A stretch of 64,000 nucleotides of DNA from Candidatus Vogelbacteria bacterium RIFOXYD1_FULL_51_18 (GTDB lineage: Bacteria; Patescibacteriota; Minisyncoccia; Phycocordibacterales; UBA9988). This document shows, piece by piece, positions 1 through 10,577 of this stretch. The notes beneath the pieces are model-generated. The model did not search any database. It was not told the DNA's origin and worked only from the letters and a program-made list of their open reading frames with translations. The stretch is taken from assembly GCA_001823095.1 (NCBI GenBank), contig MHTL01000012.1, positions 1,035 through 65,034 of the forward strand. Reading direction: 5' to 3'. Made by a program: the position numbers and the translations under genes. Positions within the stretch are counted from its first letter, which is position 1; each line of letters begins with the position of its first letter.

Positions 1-1384
1 GGTCCTCGCCGCTGTTCTCCACAATAGCGGCAATCGGCGACTCTGCGGCGCGGCGCAGTATCACCCGCGCGTAGGCGTTGATGGTATCAACGCTCTTCCC
101 CTCGTCAATGCCGAGCACTACGTTAAAAAGCGCAATGCCGCCGCCCGGAATAATCCCCTCTTCCATCGCGGCGCGCGTCGCGGCAACAGCATCTTCCACA
201 CGCTGTTTGAGCTCCTTTTGCGCGGACTCGGTCGGCGCGCCAACTTTAATCACCCCGACACCCCCCGAGAGCTTGCCGAGGCGCTCCTGCAGTTTCTCCT
301 TGTCATAGTTTGATTCCGTATTCTCAATCTGCTTTCTGATGGCAATCACACGCTCTTCCACGTCCGCCTTTTTCCCTTTGCCGCCCACGATCGTCGTCGC
401 GTCTTTACTCGCAATCACCCTGCGCGCACGGCCGAGCATGGCAAGTTCAATGCTCTCCAGCTTAAGCCCAACATCCTCTGAAATCACCTTTGCCCCCGTA
501 AGCACGGCAATGTCCGCGAGCATTTCCTTTTTGCGGTCGCCGAAGGCGGGCGCCTTCACCGCAAGCGCGTTAAATGTCCCGCGCAGTTTGTTGACGAGGA
601 GCGTGGTGAGCGCCTCGCCGTCCATGTCGTCGGCAATAATCACAAGGTCCTTCTTCCCCTTCTGCGCAAGCGACTCAAGCAGAGGCAAAATCTCTTTTAC
701 TGAAGAAATTTTTTTGTCAGTCACGAGGATGAAAGGGTCCTCGTACTCCGCCTCCATGCGGTCTGGATTGGTGATCATGTAGGGGGAGACGTAGCCCTTG
801 TCAAACTGCATGCCCTCCACAAGCTCGGAAGAGTTGAGGCCGGTGTTGGAATCCTCAATGGTCACCACCCCATCCTTGCCCACCTTCTTAATCACGTCTG
901 CAATAAGTTTACCGAGGTCGGCATCTTTAGAGGCAAGCGTTGCCACTTCTTCAATTTTTTTGGTGTCGTCAATAGACTCGCTCTGGTCCTCAAGCGCGGC
1001 AATGATGCTCTCGCTCTCGCGCATGAGCTCGTCGGCAAGATGGATAACGTTAAAGCCCTTTTCGGCGACGGCCTTCTCTCCTCCATCAATAATCGCCTGT
1101 GCGAGCACCACCGACGTCGTCGTCCCGTCACCCACATTGTCATTGGTCTTGTCGGCCGCCTGCTTGATAAGGTCGGCGCCCACGTTCTCGAACTTGTCTT
1201 CAAACTCTATTGCCTTGGCAACCGTCACGCCGTCCAAGGTAACCTGCGGCGCGCCGTAGCCTTTGTCTATCACCACCGCGCGGCCGCGGGGCCCGAGCGT
1301 CATCTTGACTGCCTCGGCAAGCGTATCAATCCCTTTTTTGAGGGACTTGCGCGCGTTATTGTTGAACAAAATTTGCTTCGCCAT
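1..1384 (-). CDS. groEL: Chaperonin GroEL (3' end runs off the window)
   Basis: Minus strand from ATG 1384 reads MAKQILFNNNARKSLKKGIDTLAEAVKMTLGPRGR...VGDGTTTSVVLAQA...GMQFDKGYVSPY; lies directly downstream of groES; missing from the ORF track because it has no stop in the window. Confidence 0.97.
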   Translation of the reverse strand, partial: MAKQILFNNNARKSLKKGIDTLAEAVKMTLGPRGRAVVIDKGYGAPQVTLDGVTVAKAIEFEDKFENVGADLIKQAADKTNDNVGDGTTTSVVLAQAIIDGGEKAVAEKGFNVIHLADELMRESESIIAALEDQSESIDDTKKIEEVATLASKDADLGKLIADVIKKVGKDGVVTIEDSNTGLNSSELVEGMQFDKGYVSPYMITNPDRMEAEYEDPFILVTDKKISSVKEILPLLESLAQKGKKDLVIIADDMDGEALTTLLVNKLRGTFNALAVKAPAFGDRKKEMLADIAVLTGAKVISEDVGLKLESIELAMLGRARRVIASKDATTIVGGKGKKADVEERVIAIRKQIENTESNYDKEKLQERLGKLSGGVGVIKVGAPTESAQKELKQRVEDAVAATRAAMEEGIIPGGGIALFNVVLGIDEGKSVDTINAYARVILRRAAESPIAAIVENSGED

Positions 1385-1470
1385 AATGTTTTAAGGAGTC
1401 GTATGCGATTTTTGAGACGCGTCGGAGCCCTTTAGGGTAAAGCGCGAAAAAATCGCATACGACGACTGCA

Positions 1471-1785
1471 TTAATCCTCAATGATTGCTAAAATGTTCGA
1501 CTCGCTGACAATTAGGTACTCCTTACCGTCAATCTTTATCTCATCGGGCCCGTACTTTGAAAAAATAATCCGGTCGCCTTTCTTGACCTTGAGCGGAACT
1601 AGCGCTCCTTCATTGTTCACTTTCCCCTCCCCGCAGGCCACCACTCGTCCCTCTTCAGGACGTTCCTTATTGACGGTATCGGGGATAATAATGCCGCTCT
1701 TGGTCTTGCCGTGCTTGTCTTCTTCCGAGACCGGCTCAACAAGAACACGGTCTCCGAGTGGCTTGATGCGTATTTTTTGAGCCAT
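1471..1785 (-). CDS. groES: Co-chaperonin GroES
   Basis: IKPLGDRVLVEP...SGIIIPDT...KYGPDEIKIDGKEYLIVSESNILAII. Confidence 0.97.
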   Translation of the reverse strand: MAQKIRIKPLGDRVLVEPVSEEDKHGKTKSGIIIPDTVNKERPEEGRVVACGEGKVNNEGALVPLKVKKGDRIIFSKYGPDEIKIDGKEYLIVSESNILAIIED

Positions 1786-1881
1786 ATTTATACTATGTTA
1801 AAATAATAAAATCCTATGCGCACACGTATTATAAGGATACGCGATTGACTGTCAACTCTCCCCGTGCTACTCTAGACGCAC

Positions 1882-2127
1882 ATGCAAGGACTAGCCTCCG
1901 TACTTCCCTGGGTGCAAGTCGCGCTCTCTGTGCTCCTCGTCGCCGCCATTCTCGTACAGCAGAACGAAGCGGGTTTAGGCGCCGCATTTGGCGGCGGCGA
2001 CGGAGGCGGGCCTAACTTTCGCAAACGGGGTATTGAGAAAGTTATGTTTATTGCTACAATAGTTATTGCCATTCTTTTTGCCCTCTCCGCACTTGCGCCG
2101 GAGCTCTTGCGACTGGTGAGCCGCTAG
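1882..2127 (+). CDS. secG: Preprotein translocase subunit SecG
   Basis: Two TM segments around ILVQQNEAGLGAAFGG and RKRGIEK. Confidence 0.9.
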   Translation: MQGLASVLPWVQVALSVLLVAAILVQQNEAGLGAAFGGGDGGGPNFRKRGIEKVMFIATIVIAILFALSALAPELLRLVSR

Positions 2128-2148
2128 GAGGGTCCACTCTCTAGAATC

Positions 2149-3891
2149 GTGAACCAACAGGATACAGAAGCCTCGCGGCGCGTGTTGCCGACCACGGCTG
2201 AAATATCTGCGGTCAACCAATCATTTGGCTTCTATGGCCGTATCATTCTTTTTGCGCTCGCGGTAATCTCCATTGTTGCCGTGCTCGGCGGATCGTGGAA
2301 GCTCAACCAGTACGCGCTCGTCGAGGTACCCAAGAAGGGCGGCATCCTTACGGAAGGAGTCATCGGCACTCCCCGCTTCATCAATCCCGTCCTTGCCACA
2401 TCTGACGCGGACCGCGATCTCACCGCACTCATCTACTCGGGACTTATGCGCATAAGTAACGATGGGAGTCTGGAGCCCGACCTTGCCGAGAAGTACACGG
2501 TGAGCCCTGACGGGAGGCGCTACACCTTTACCCTCAAAAAGGATTCACTCTGGCACGATGGCAAGCCGGTCACGGCGGACGACGTTGTTTTTACCGTGCA
2601 GAAAGTCCTTGACCAGGAGCTCAAAAGCCCCCGGCGAGCGAACTGGGAAGGAGTCAGTGTACGGAAGGACGGCTCTTTTACCGTTGAATTCACTTTGCAG
2701 AGAGCATATGCCGCATTTCTTGAAAACACGACGCTTGGTATATTGCCTAAGCACCGTTGGAGCGGAATGAATGCGGAGCAATTTACCTTCAGCGAGTACA
2801 ACGGGGAGCCCATCGGCTCCGGCCCCTACAAAATTGCTTCCATCAGTCGGGATGACAACGGCATCCCCCGTTCCTATGAACTTGCTCCTTTTAAGCGCGC
2901 CGGGGTCTATGATGCAAAAATTGCGCTTACCATCACTTTTTATGGCAAGAGTGAGGACATGCTCACGGCGTACGAGCAGGGCAACATTGAGAGCATGAGC
3001 GCCATCCCTCCGCCTGTTGCACGGATATTGAGCAAGCGAGACATCCCTGTCGTTCAAGCGCCGCTCCCTCGCGTTTTTGGCGTCTTCGTCAACCAGAGCC
3101 GGGCGCCCATCTTTACCCATGCAGAAGTACGCACGGCGCTCTCGCTTGCCGCTCCAAGAGAGCGGATTGTGCAGGAAGTGCTCTATGGGTACGGAGAGAC
3201 AATTGACGGCCCCATACCTCCGGGGTCCTTCGGCTATATGAGCTCGCCCAACAGCACAAGCTCTCAAACTGAAAAGGCGCGAGAACTCCTTGAGAAAAAT
3301 GGTTGGATGGAAGGTTCTGATGGCGTGCGCGCTAAAACAAACAAGAACGGAACAGAGACTCTTGAATTCACCTTAGATACTTCTAATGTGCCGGAGCTGA
3401 AGGCGGTCGCGGAACTACTCAAGGAGGAGTGGGGGCGTATCGGAGTCTCGGTGCGCACGCAATACTTTGAAGAGAGCGACCTCAAGAACCTGGTCATCCG
3501 CCCGCGCAAGTATGATGCGCTCCTCTTTGGAGAGGTTGTGGGGCGCAACCCTGACCTCTTCTCTTTTTGGCACTCGTCACAGCGTCTTGACCCGGGGCTC
3601 AACATTGCGCTCTACACCAATGCCGCCGCAGACAAATTCCTTGAAGAAGAGAGGATAGCACTGACGGAAAACGAGCGGCGCGCGAAGATTGAGAATTTCC
3701 AAATCATTATTCGAGACGAGACACCAGCTATCTTTCTCTACTCTCCGCAATTTATTTACGTGCTACCGCGGGGGCTCAAGGGAGTGAAGCTCCCGCCGAT
3801 TACCACTCCATCAGAGCGCTTTGCGCGCATCTTTGAGTGGCATTACGAAACGGACCGCGTGTGGAAAATTTTTTCAAACTATTACAATTAG
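2149..3891 (+). CDS. ABC transporter peptide-binding protein (family 5, OppA/DppA-like), N-terminal membrane anchor
   Basis: LEPDLAE, YTFTLK, WHDGKPVTADDVVFT and PIGSGPYK motifs. Confidence 0.9.
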   Translation: MNQQDTEASRRVLPTTAEISAVNQSFGFYGRIILFALAVISIVAVLGGSWKLNQYALVEVPKKGGILTEGVIGTPRFINPVLATSDADRDLTALIYSGLMRISNDGSLEPDLAEKYTVSPDGRRYTFTLKKDSLWHDGKPVTADDVVFTVQKVLDQELKSPRRANWEGVSVRKDGSFTVEFTLQRAYAAFLENTTLGILPKHRWSGMNAEQFTFSEYNGEPIGSGPYKIASISRDDNGIPRSYELAPFKRAGVYDAKIALTITFYGKSEDMLTAYEQGNIESMSAIPPPVARILSKRDIPVVQAPLPRVFGVFVNQSRAPIFTHAEVRTALSLAAPRERIVQEVLYGYGETIDGPIPPGSFGYMSSPNSTSSQTEKARELLEKNGWMEGSDGVRAKTNKNGTETLEFTLDTSNVPELKAVAELLKEEWGRIGVSVRTQYFEESDLKNLVIRPRKYDALLFGEVVGRNPDLFSFWHSSQRLDPGLNIALYTNAAADKFLEEERIALTENERRAKIENFQIIIRDETPAIFLYSPQFIYVLPRGLKGVKLPPITTPSERFARIFEWHYETDRVWKIFSNYYN

Positions 3892-3900
3892 ACTACATTC

Positions 3901-5757
3901 ATGGATATACAAACAACGCCAAGGCGGAGGACGCAGCAACCGGGGAGGAGAACTTTCCAGCGGGGAGGTCGCAGGCCTGCGCGGCAGGGGACCGAGGGAC
4001 ATTCGGCACACAATCACAACGACCACGAGGATGTCCGCCGCGGCGAACGAGAACGCAAGCGCATGCCGATACCCAAGCTTGAACCGGGAGACATCCGCAT
4101 CATCCCGCTCGGCGGGGTTGAGGAGGTCGGCAAGAATATGACCGCCATTGAGTACGGCGGCGAGATTGTGGTTGTGGACATTGGTGTGCAATTCCCTGAT
4201 GAGCAGACACCGGGCGTTGATTACATTATCCCCGACACCTCCTACCTTGAAGAGCGCGCGTCTGCGGTCAAAGCAGTGCTCGTTACCCACGGACACCTTG
4301 ACCACATCGGCGGCATCCCTTTTGTAATGGGCAAAATCGGGAACCCCCCCATCTACACCACACTCCTCACCGCGGTGATGATTAAAAAGCGGCAGGAAGA
4401 ATTCCCCCACCTCGCCAAGCTCAACATTGAGGTCATCGCTCGCGGGGAAACCTTGCGCGTAGGAAAACATTTTTCCTTTAGATTCTTTGAGACCACGCAC
4501 ACTATCCCCGATACGGTGGGGATCATCATGGACACCCCGTATGGAAATATCGTCATGACCGGAGACATTAAGATTGACCATAAGAATGGCGTCCCCGAGC
4601 CACACGAGGTGGAGACGTTCTCCGCTATCGGTAAGGAAAAGAATCTGCTCCTCATCGCCGATTCCACCAACGTAGAGAAGCCCGGCTTCTCTTACTCCGA
4701 GCGTGACGTGCACATCAACCTGCATAAAATCATTTCCGAAGCAACCGGCCGGCTTATCGTCGGCACCTTTGCCTCGCTCTTGGAGCGCATCATCTTTATC
4801 ATCAAGGACGCGGAGGAAATGGGGAAAAAAATCGTGATTGAGGGACGCTCCATGAAGACAAATGTGGAAATCGCCAGGGAACTGGGGCTCCTCTCCGTGC
4901 ACCGCGGCACCATCATCCCCGCAGAGGAAATGCAGAACTACCCGGATAACAAAATCGTGGTGCTCGCGACCGGCGCGCAGGGCGACGAGTATGCGGCGCT
5001 CATGCGCATCTCCAACCGAGCCCACAAGACGGTCAAACTTAAAAAAGGAGATGTCACTCTCCTCTCCTCCTCGGTTATCCCGGGCAACGAGAAGGCGGTG
5101 CAGAAACTCAAAGATAACCTGGCACGGCAGGGGGCAAAAATTATCCACAACAACATTGCCGACGTGCACTCATCTGGCCACTCCTACGGCGGTGAGCTCC
5201 AATGGGTGCACGAGATGGTCAAGGCTCGCTTCTTCATGCCCGTGCACGGGTATCACCACATGCTCCGCGTGCATGCCGACATGGCCGAGCGTCTCGGCAC
5301 TCCCGAGAAGAACATCATCGTGCCGGACAACGGGAGCGTGATTGAAATTGTGGAGGAAGGGAAGCGTATCATCAAACGCAAGGAGAACGCCTCGGCCGGC
5401 ATCGTCATGGTGGACAGTCTTGGCACTGGCGACGTGAAGGATGTGGTTATTCGCGACCGGCAGATGCTCTCCGAGGAGGGCATCTTCATGATTGTTGCTA
5501 TAATTAATCTCAAGACTGGGAAGGTGCGCAAGTCTCCCGACATCATCTCACGCGGTTTTGTGTATTTGAAAGAGTCGCAGGACCTCCTGCATCGGGTTCG
5601 CTTCCTGATAAAGAAGACGATTGAGACCGCAACGAGCAAACAGCACCCGATCAACTTTGACTACGTGCGCAACGAGGTGCGAGAGACGGTCGGCAAGCTC
5701 CTCTTCCAGGAAACGCACAAGCGCCCTATCATACTCCCGGTACTCATTGAAGTGTAA
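3901..5757 (+). CDS. rnj: Ribonuclease J
   Basis: IIPLGGVEEVGKNM, THGHLDHIGG, HSSGH, PVHG; Arg/Gly-rich N-terminal tail. Confidence 0.96.
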   Translation: MDIQTTPRRRTQQPGRRTFQRGGRRPARQGTEGHSAHNHNDHEDVRRGERERKRMPIPKLEPGDIRIIPLGGVEEVGKNMTAIEYGGEIVVVDIGVQFPDEQTPGVDYIIPDTSYLEERASAVKAVLVTHGHLDHIGGIPFVMGKIGNPPIYTTLLTAVMIKKRQEEFPHLAKLNIEVIARGETLRVGKHFSFRFFETTHTIPDTVGIIMDTPYGNIVMTGDIKIDHKNGVPEPHEVETFSAIGKEKNLLLIADSTNVEKPGFSYSERDVHINLHKIISEATGRLIVGTFASLLERIIFIIKDAEEMGKKIVIEGRSMKTNVEIARELGLLSVHRGTIIPAEEMQNYPDNKIVVLATGAQGDEYAALMRISNRAHKTVKLKKGDVTLLSSSVIPGNEKAVQKLKDNLARQGAKIIHNNIADVHSSGHSYGGELQWVHEMVKARFFMPVHGYHHMLRVHADMAERLGTPEKNIIVPDNGSVIEIVEEGKRIIKRKENASAGIVMVDSLGTGDVKDVVIRDRQMLSEEGIFMIVAIINLKTGKVRKSPDIISRGFVYLKESQDLLHRVRFLIKKTIETATSKQHPINFDYVRNEVRETVGKLLFQETHKRPIILPVLIEV

Positions 5758-5758
5758 T

Positions 5759-6952
5759 ATGAGCGCCGCAAGGAATCGCCAAACCTTCCACATGATACAT
5801 GTCGCGGGATTTTTCTTCGCCGCGAATATGGCGCTTGCGGCCTACGTGAGCTCCTCCTTCTTGGTTCCTTTGGTGGGCGCGCGCGCCATCGGAATCGTCT
5901 ACGCGGCGGCGGCGCTTGCGGCGCTTCTCCTCATCAACAGCATGCCCCAGGCGATTGCAACGCTGGGAGCCCAGCGCGTCACCGCGCTCCTCGTGGTGGG
6001 GAGCTACGGGAGCCTGCTCACGCTTTATGGCTCGGGGACACCGGCGCTCTCGGTGCTCGCTTTTATTATTTACTACGCGCTCGGCATCAGCGTCATGTAC
6101 TGTTTTGACGTCTATCTGGAAGAGCTTTCTGTAAATGAGCGGACGGGGAGGATACGCGGCTTTTATCTCACCGTCACCAACACCGCATGGCTGCTCTCCC
6201 CTTACCTTGCGGGGGTACTTGCCGCCTACTCCATCAATCTGGTGTACCTTCTTGCGGCAGTCGCCGTCTCGCCCGCAGTGCTCATCGCGCTTCCAGGGCT
6301 TTCGCGCGCGCCCGACATTAGAGTGCCTGCCCGACAGCAAGGCGGACGCGCCTTTTCGGTGCCGCGCGCGCTCATGACGCTCGTGCGTGGGAGGAAGAGC
6401 AGATACAAAAACATCTACAACGCGCTCGTGCTTGACCTCATGCTCAACATTTTTTACGCAACGACGGTTGTCTTCATACCTCTCTACCTGCTTGCGCTGG
6501 GCTTCGGATGGGCACAGTTGGGGCTCATATTTACCGTCATGCTCACTCCCTTTGTTCTCTTCCAGTATGGACTCGGACGCCTTGCCGACCGCTATACGGG
6601 AGAACAGGAATTTATGGTGGCAGGAATTCTTATCATGGCGGCTTCGGCCTTCCTCATGTGGTGGAGCGTTTCGCAGAATCTCTACGTGTGGATGGGGATA
6701 CTCTTTCTCTCCCGTATTGGAGCCTGCTTTTTGGAAGTGATGAAGGAGAGCTACCTCTTCAAACACCTAGACAGCGGCGATATCGCCATTATTGCGCTCT
6801 CCAGGAACGCCATGCCGCTCTCCTATGTTCTTGCGCCGGCAGCGGCGAGCATGCTGCTCATCACGCTCCCCCTCCCCGCGCTCTTCCTCATCCTCGGCGC
6901 CGTGCTCCTCATGGGCCTCCCCTTTGCTCTCTCGCTCACAGATACGAGGTAA
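5759..6952 (+). CDS. MFS transporter
   Basis: About 12 hydrophobic segments and GRLADRYTG motif; start moved to ATG 5759 just after the rnj stop. Confidence 0.8.
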   Translation: MSAARNRQTFHMIHVAGFFFAANMALAAYVSSSFLVPLVGARAIGIVYAAAALAALLLINSMPQAIATLGAQRVTALLVVGSYGSLLTLYGSGTPALSVLAFIIYYALGISVMYCFDVYLEELSVNERTGRIRGFYLTVTNTAWLLSPYLAGVLAAYSINLVYLLAAVAVSPAVLIALPGLSRAPDIRVPARQQGGRAFSVPRALMTLVRGRKSRYKNIYNALVLDLMLNIFYATTVVFIPLYLLALGFGWAQLGLIFTVMLTPFVLFQYGLGRLADRYTGEQEFMVAGILIMAASAFLMWWSVSQNLYVWMGILFLSRIGACFLEVMKESYLFKHLDSGDIAIIALSRNAMPLSYVLAPAAASMLLITLPLPALFLILGAVLLMGLPFALSLTDTR

Positions 6953-7120
6953 TTAAAAATGTACAAATCAATCCGCTGATTGGCAAAGAAAATGACAATG
7001 CAAAGTGCAAAATTGTGTATTTTGCGCTTCAACACGCGCATTCACTTTACTTGTAATTTATTATTTTCTGCTAAATTTCATTAAGAACCTTGAGATTTTG
7101 ACTTATTGGAGGACTTGTCT

Positions 7121-7568
7121 ATGACCGAAAATATGAAAAAGGGCGTTGATTACGTCGGGGTGTGTTGTCTATTTTTGCCATGATGGAAAAGGCAATTTCA
7201 TTATGGCGAAGCGTAACAACAACACTCGCGATGAACATGGATGCTGGGACATTGGCGGTGGCGGTCTTGAATTTGGAGATACGATAAAAGACACTATCCG
7301 TAAAGAAATTCAAGAGGAATACTCTACCAATGTTCTTAATTTTGAATTCCTCGGGTATCGCGATGTGCACCGAGAGCATCAAGGCAGCCCGACACATTGG
7401 ATTGCGCTTGATTTTAAAGTGCGCATTGACCCAACGAAAATTAAGAACGGCGAGCCTCACAAATTTGAGGAAGTGAAATTATTCACTCTCAATACCATTC
7501 CCGACAACGTACACTCACAGTTTCCAAATTTCTTGAGTCTCTACCGCAAGAGGATTGAGGCTCATTAA
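7121..7568 (+). pseudogene. NUDIX hydrolase, frameshifted near the 5' end (or sequence error)
   Basis: Nudix-like box GGGLEFGDTIKDTIRKEIQEEY; the SD-preceded ATG 7121 (MTENMKKGVDYVGV) is out of frame with the body (CVVYFCHDGKG) at a GGGG-TGTG tract ~7157-7166. Confidence 0.75.
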
Positions 7569-7666
7569 TTCTTTCCGCTATGTTCTCTTGAACCTCTAGC
7601 GGATATTTTTTCTTTGCTCGTGCGGAGTGCTGAAAAATTTTTGTCCAACCTCCGATGTTGGACATT

Positions 7667-10558
7667 TCAAGATTTTTTTATCACCTTTGCCAATCTGCAG
7701 TACTCGCAGTCGGGGTCGGAGCAGGTTTGGTCCCAGAACGAGAGCGAGGCGATGGCGCGGAGCACTTCCTGCATCGTGCGCGTGAGCAAACTCACATCCT
7801 CGGGCGTAACGCTAAAGCGCTCCGTGCGGTAGCGACCCTTCTCATCCGGCTCTACAAAAGCAATCTCCCCTTCCCGCATTTTAAATGTCCCCTGCTCATC
7901 CAAGAGAAGCTTGTAAAACACCAGCTGGCGCCAGTAATTGCCGTCAGCGCGCTTTGTTTTACCTACTATTTCATTCCGTGATTTGTGCGCGCCGGTTTTG
8001 TAGTCGCTTACAAGTACGCCGTCACTTACAAACGTTATGCGGTCAAGTATGCCGTTTAAGCGCACAACATGACTCTCGCCTTCAAGCGGGAAGGGTACTC
8101 CGTGTATCGCGTACTCGATGCGGATATCCTTGGGCAGTCCCGCCCGATGCTGTGCAATGTAACCGGAGAGAGAACGCTTGCCCTTCCCCAAGGCCTCCTC
8201 TCGCTCCAGCGGTGAGAGCGGCGCCCGCGCAATGTTTTCTTCAAAAATGCGGATAATGCGCGCGGCGCTCACTCGCTCCCCTCTTGAGCCGCGATCATAG
8301 AGCTCCTTGAGCGCTGCGTGCATCGCAGAGCCGTAGATGAGATGTTTGCTCTTTGCCTCGGGGATGCGCAAGAGATTAACAAAGAAGTATTTCCATGGGC
8401 ATGCGAGATAGTTATTGAGGTGCGTGACCGAGAAGCCGCGCTCAAAAAAGAGCGCCTTCAAGTACTCGGCGTCCGGGACAGGGCGCGGCGCCGCGATCTG
8501 GTACGAGACAGAGGTAAGCGCCTGTGGAACTTTCTTCTCTGGTATGCTGGCAAGTTTGACAAGGCGTGAGTCAATTTCAGAAATAAACTGCGAGGGGAGC
8601 AGGGTTCCCCCGTTATCGTCAGAGACACTGTAGCTCACCGTTACTCGGCGCCGAGAGCGCGTGAGCGCGACATAGAAGAGCCGTCGCTCGTCATCCACTC
8701 CGATCTCCTCGCGTAAGGCACTGCCGCGCATGGGCAGGTCAAAGCGCTCACGTACCCGGCGCCCTCCAAAATGCCCATGGAAGGCCCGCACAATAAACAC
8801 GTAGTCAAACTCAAGCCCTTTGGAGCCGTGTGCGGTCATGAGTCGTACTCCCCCTCTTCCCTCTGCACGCTCCGGGATAGAGAGTCCGTGCGTCTCTAAA
8901 GCACTCAAGTAATCAAGAAAATCCGCAAGTTTGTGATCGGGATGCCGCGCGCTATAGCGCTTGACTTCAGCGAAAAAATCTCCAAGTTTTTGAATGGTTC
9001 CCGTAGGATCATCTCCGGCAATTACCTCCTCGCGGTAGCCGCTCTCGTTTACCAGAAAGTCTATTGACGCAGGCAGCATTCTCGTGAGTGACACGGCATT
9101 GAGATGCGAGAGCCTCCGCGAGAAGGCGCACGCCGGGGGCTCGGTGGCGCGCGCAAGCACGAGGTATAGCGACATATGTGTCTCTGCGGCGCGCGCGAGG
9201 AGCATGTAGCGCAGATGCGCAGGTATTCCGGTAAGCGGGAGGCATAGGAGCTCGGCAAGCTTTCTGTCATCGTCCATATGGACGGCTCCGCGCATGAGGA
9301 TGAGAAGCTCGGCAAGCGCAGGAGTTTTCAGTACATCAGTCTCCGAGCCAATAACGCTGGGAATCCCCCGTGCGGCAAGCGCTGCGGCAAAGGGCGGCAT
9401 ATCGCTGTTCTCACGGTAGAGCATCGCAATATCTCCCGGGTTCGTGCCTTTTCCAATAAGTTTTTCTACCTCTGAAGCAACATAGTCCGGTTCATCGCCG
9501 CTTCTCGGGACCGGTGCAAGGATGACCGACTCCTTCTGCCTGCGCTGCTTCTGCGCCTTGAGGCGCACATGGCTCAAGCGCTCCTTGGCGGAGAGGGCAA
9601 GCGAGTGCGCGGCGTCAAGAATGTTTTGTGTGGAGCGATAGTTCTCTGAAAGTTCAATGATTTTTGCGTTGGGGAAACGCGCGGTGAAGTAGAGAAAGTT
9701 GTGAAGCGAAGCTCCCTGGAACTGGTAGATTGCCTGCTTCTCATCGCCGACGATAAAGAGGTTGGGTTCATCGTGGAAGCTCCCGAGAAGCTCCAGTATT
9801 GTATTCTGCGCCTGGTTCGCATCTTGGTGCTCGTCCGCCAAGATGTACTGGTACTCCTCCTCCAAAGTGAGGAGGAGCTCGCGTTCAGCCACGAGCACGC
9901 GCACCAGCTCCATAATCATGTCTCCATAATCATAGAGTCGCTCGCGCTTAAGCGCCTCTTCATAGGCGCGGTAGACCAGCGCGAGCTCTCGGTTGCGCTC
10001 ATATTTTTTCGGATTCGCCGCGCGGTCTACTGTGCGCAGGAGTGCGGCAAAGGCGGAGGGAGACATATTCTCGCGCTTGAGCGTCTCTATCGCCTTGACG
10101 ACGGAGCTTACGTAGTACAAGGGATTGCCAAATGGTTTGATGGCCTTCAGGCGCCGCGCGAGCACCGCGCGCTCCACCAGGCGCAGTGAATCAATGCGGT
10201 CCGCCGTGTGCGAGCCAATAATGCGCGGAAAGTATTCGGGGAAGCGCTGGATAACAGCGTTGGCAAATCCGTGGAAGGTGTAAATGTTTACGCGGTAGGC
10301 GGCGCTCCCGATGATCTCTGCAAGCCGCGCGCGCATTGCCGCAACTCCTGAGTTGGTAAAGGTAAGCGCGAGTATTCCTTCCGGCCCCACGTCAGTGCGT
10401 TTTAAAATATTGGCAATTCGCAGAGTAAGCACCTGCGTTTTGCCTGTTCCCGGGCCGGCAATGACGATGACTGGCCCCTCAATAGCGTCCACCGCTTCGC
10501 GCTGGCGCGGATTGAGCGCCCGATAGAGAGTCTCAAATGTGCTTTTCTCTGAACGCAT
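7667..10558 (-). CDS. UvrD/PcrA-family SF1 helicase with C-terminal PD-(D/E)XK nuclease domain
   Basis: AGPGTGKT, DEHQD, VGDEKQAIYQFQGA, ENYRS, MTAHGSKGLEFD, EERRLFYVALTRS-like; C-terminal ILDRI...SDYKTG, YLACPWKY and CSDPDCEYC; start set at ATG 10558. Confidence 0.9.
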   Translation of the reverse strand: MRSEKSTFETLYRALNPRQREAVDAIEGPVIVIAGPGTGKTQVLTLRIANILKRTDVGPEGILALTFTNSGVAAMRARLAEIIGSAAYRVNIYTFHGFANAVIQRFPEYFPRIIGSHTADRIDSLRLVERAVLARRLKAIKPFGNPLYYVSSVVKAIETLKRENMSPSAFAALLRTVDRAANPKKYERNRELALVYRAYEEALKRERLYDYGDMIMELVRVLVAERELLLTLEEEYQYILADEHQDANQAQNTILELLGSFHDEPNLFIVGDEKQAIYQFQGASLHNFLYFTARFPNAKIIELSENYRSTQNILDAAHSLALSAKERLSHVRLKAQKQRRQKESVILAPVPRSGDEPDYVASEVEKLIGKGTNPGDIAMLYRENSDMPPFAAALAARGIPSVIGSETDVLKTPALAELLILMRGAVHMDDDRKLAELLCLPLTGIPAHLRYMLLARAAETHMSLYLVLARATEPPACAFSRRLSHLNAVSLTRMLPASIDFLVNESGYREEVIAGDDPTGTIQKLGDFFAEVKRYSARHPDHKLADFLDYLSALETHGLSIPERAEGRGGVRLMTAHGSKGLEFDYVFIVRAFHGHFGGRRVRERFDLPMRGSALREEIGVDDERRLFYVALTRSRRRVTVSYSVSDDNGGTLLPSQFISEIDSRLVKLASIPEKKVPQALTSVSYQIAAPRPVPDAEYLKALFFERGFSVTHLNNYLACPWKYFFVNLLRIPEAKSKHLIYGSAMHAALKELYDRGSRGERVSAARIIRIFEENIARAPLSPLEREEALGKGKRSLSGYIAQHRAGLPKDIRIEYAIHGVPFPLEGESHVVRLNGILDRITFVSDGVLVSDYKTGAHKSRNEIVGKTKRADGNYWRQLVFYKLLLDEQGTFKMREGEIAFVEPDEKGRYRTERFSVTPEDVSLLTRTMQEVLRAIASLSFWDQTCSDPDCEYCRLAKVIKKS

Positions 10559-10577
10559 AGCGGTGTAGAATGGCTCC

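Noticed and set aside
78-1435. Several plus-strand ORFs
   Set aside because: Antisense shadows of groEL; the same applies to long shadow ORFs opposite rnj, the MFS gene, ligA, recG and ftsH
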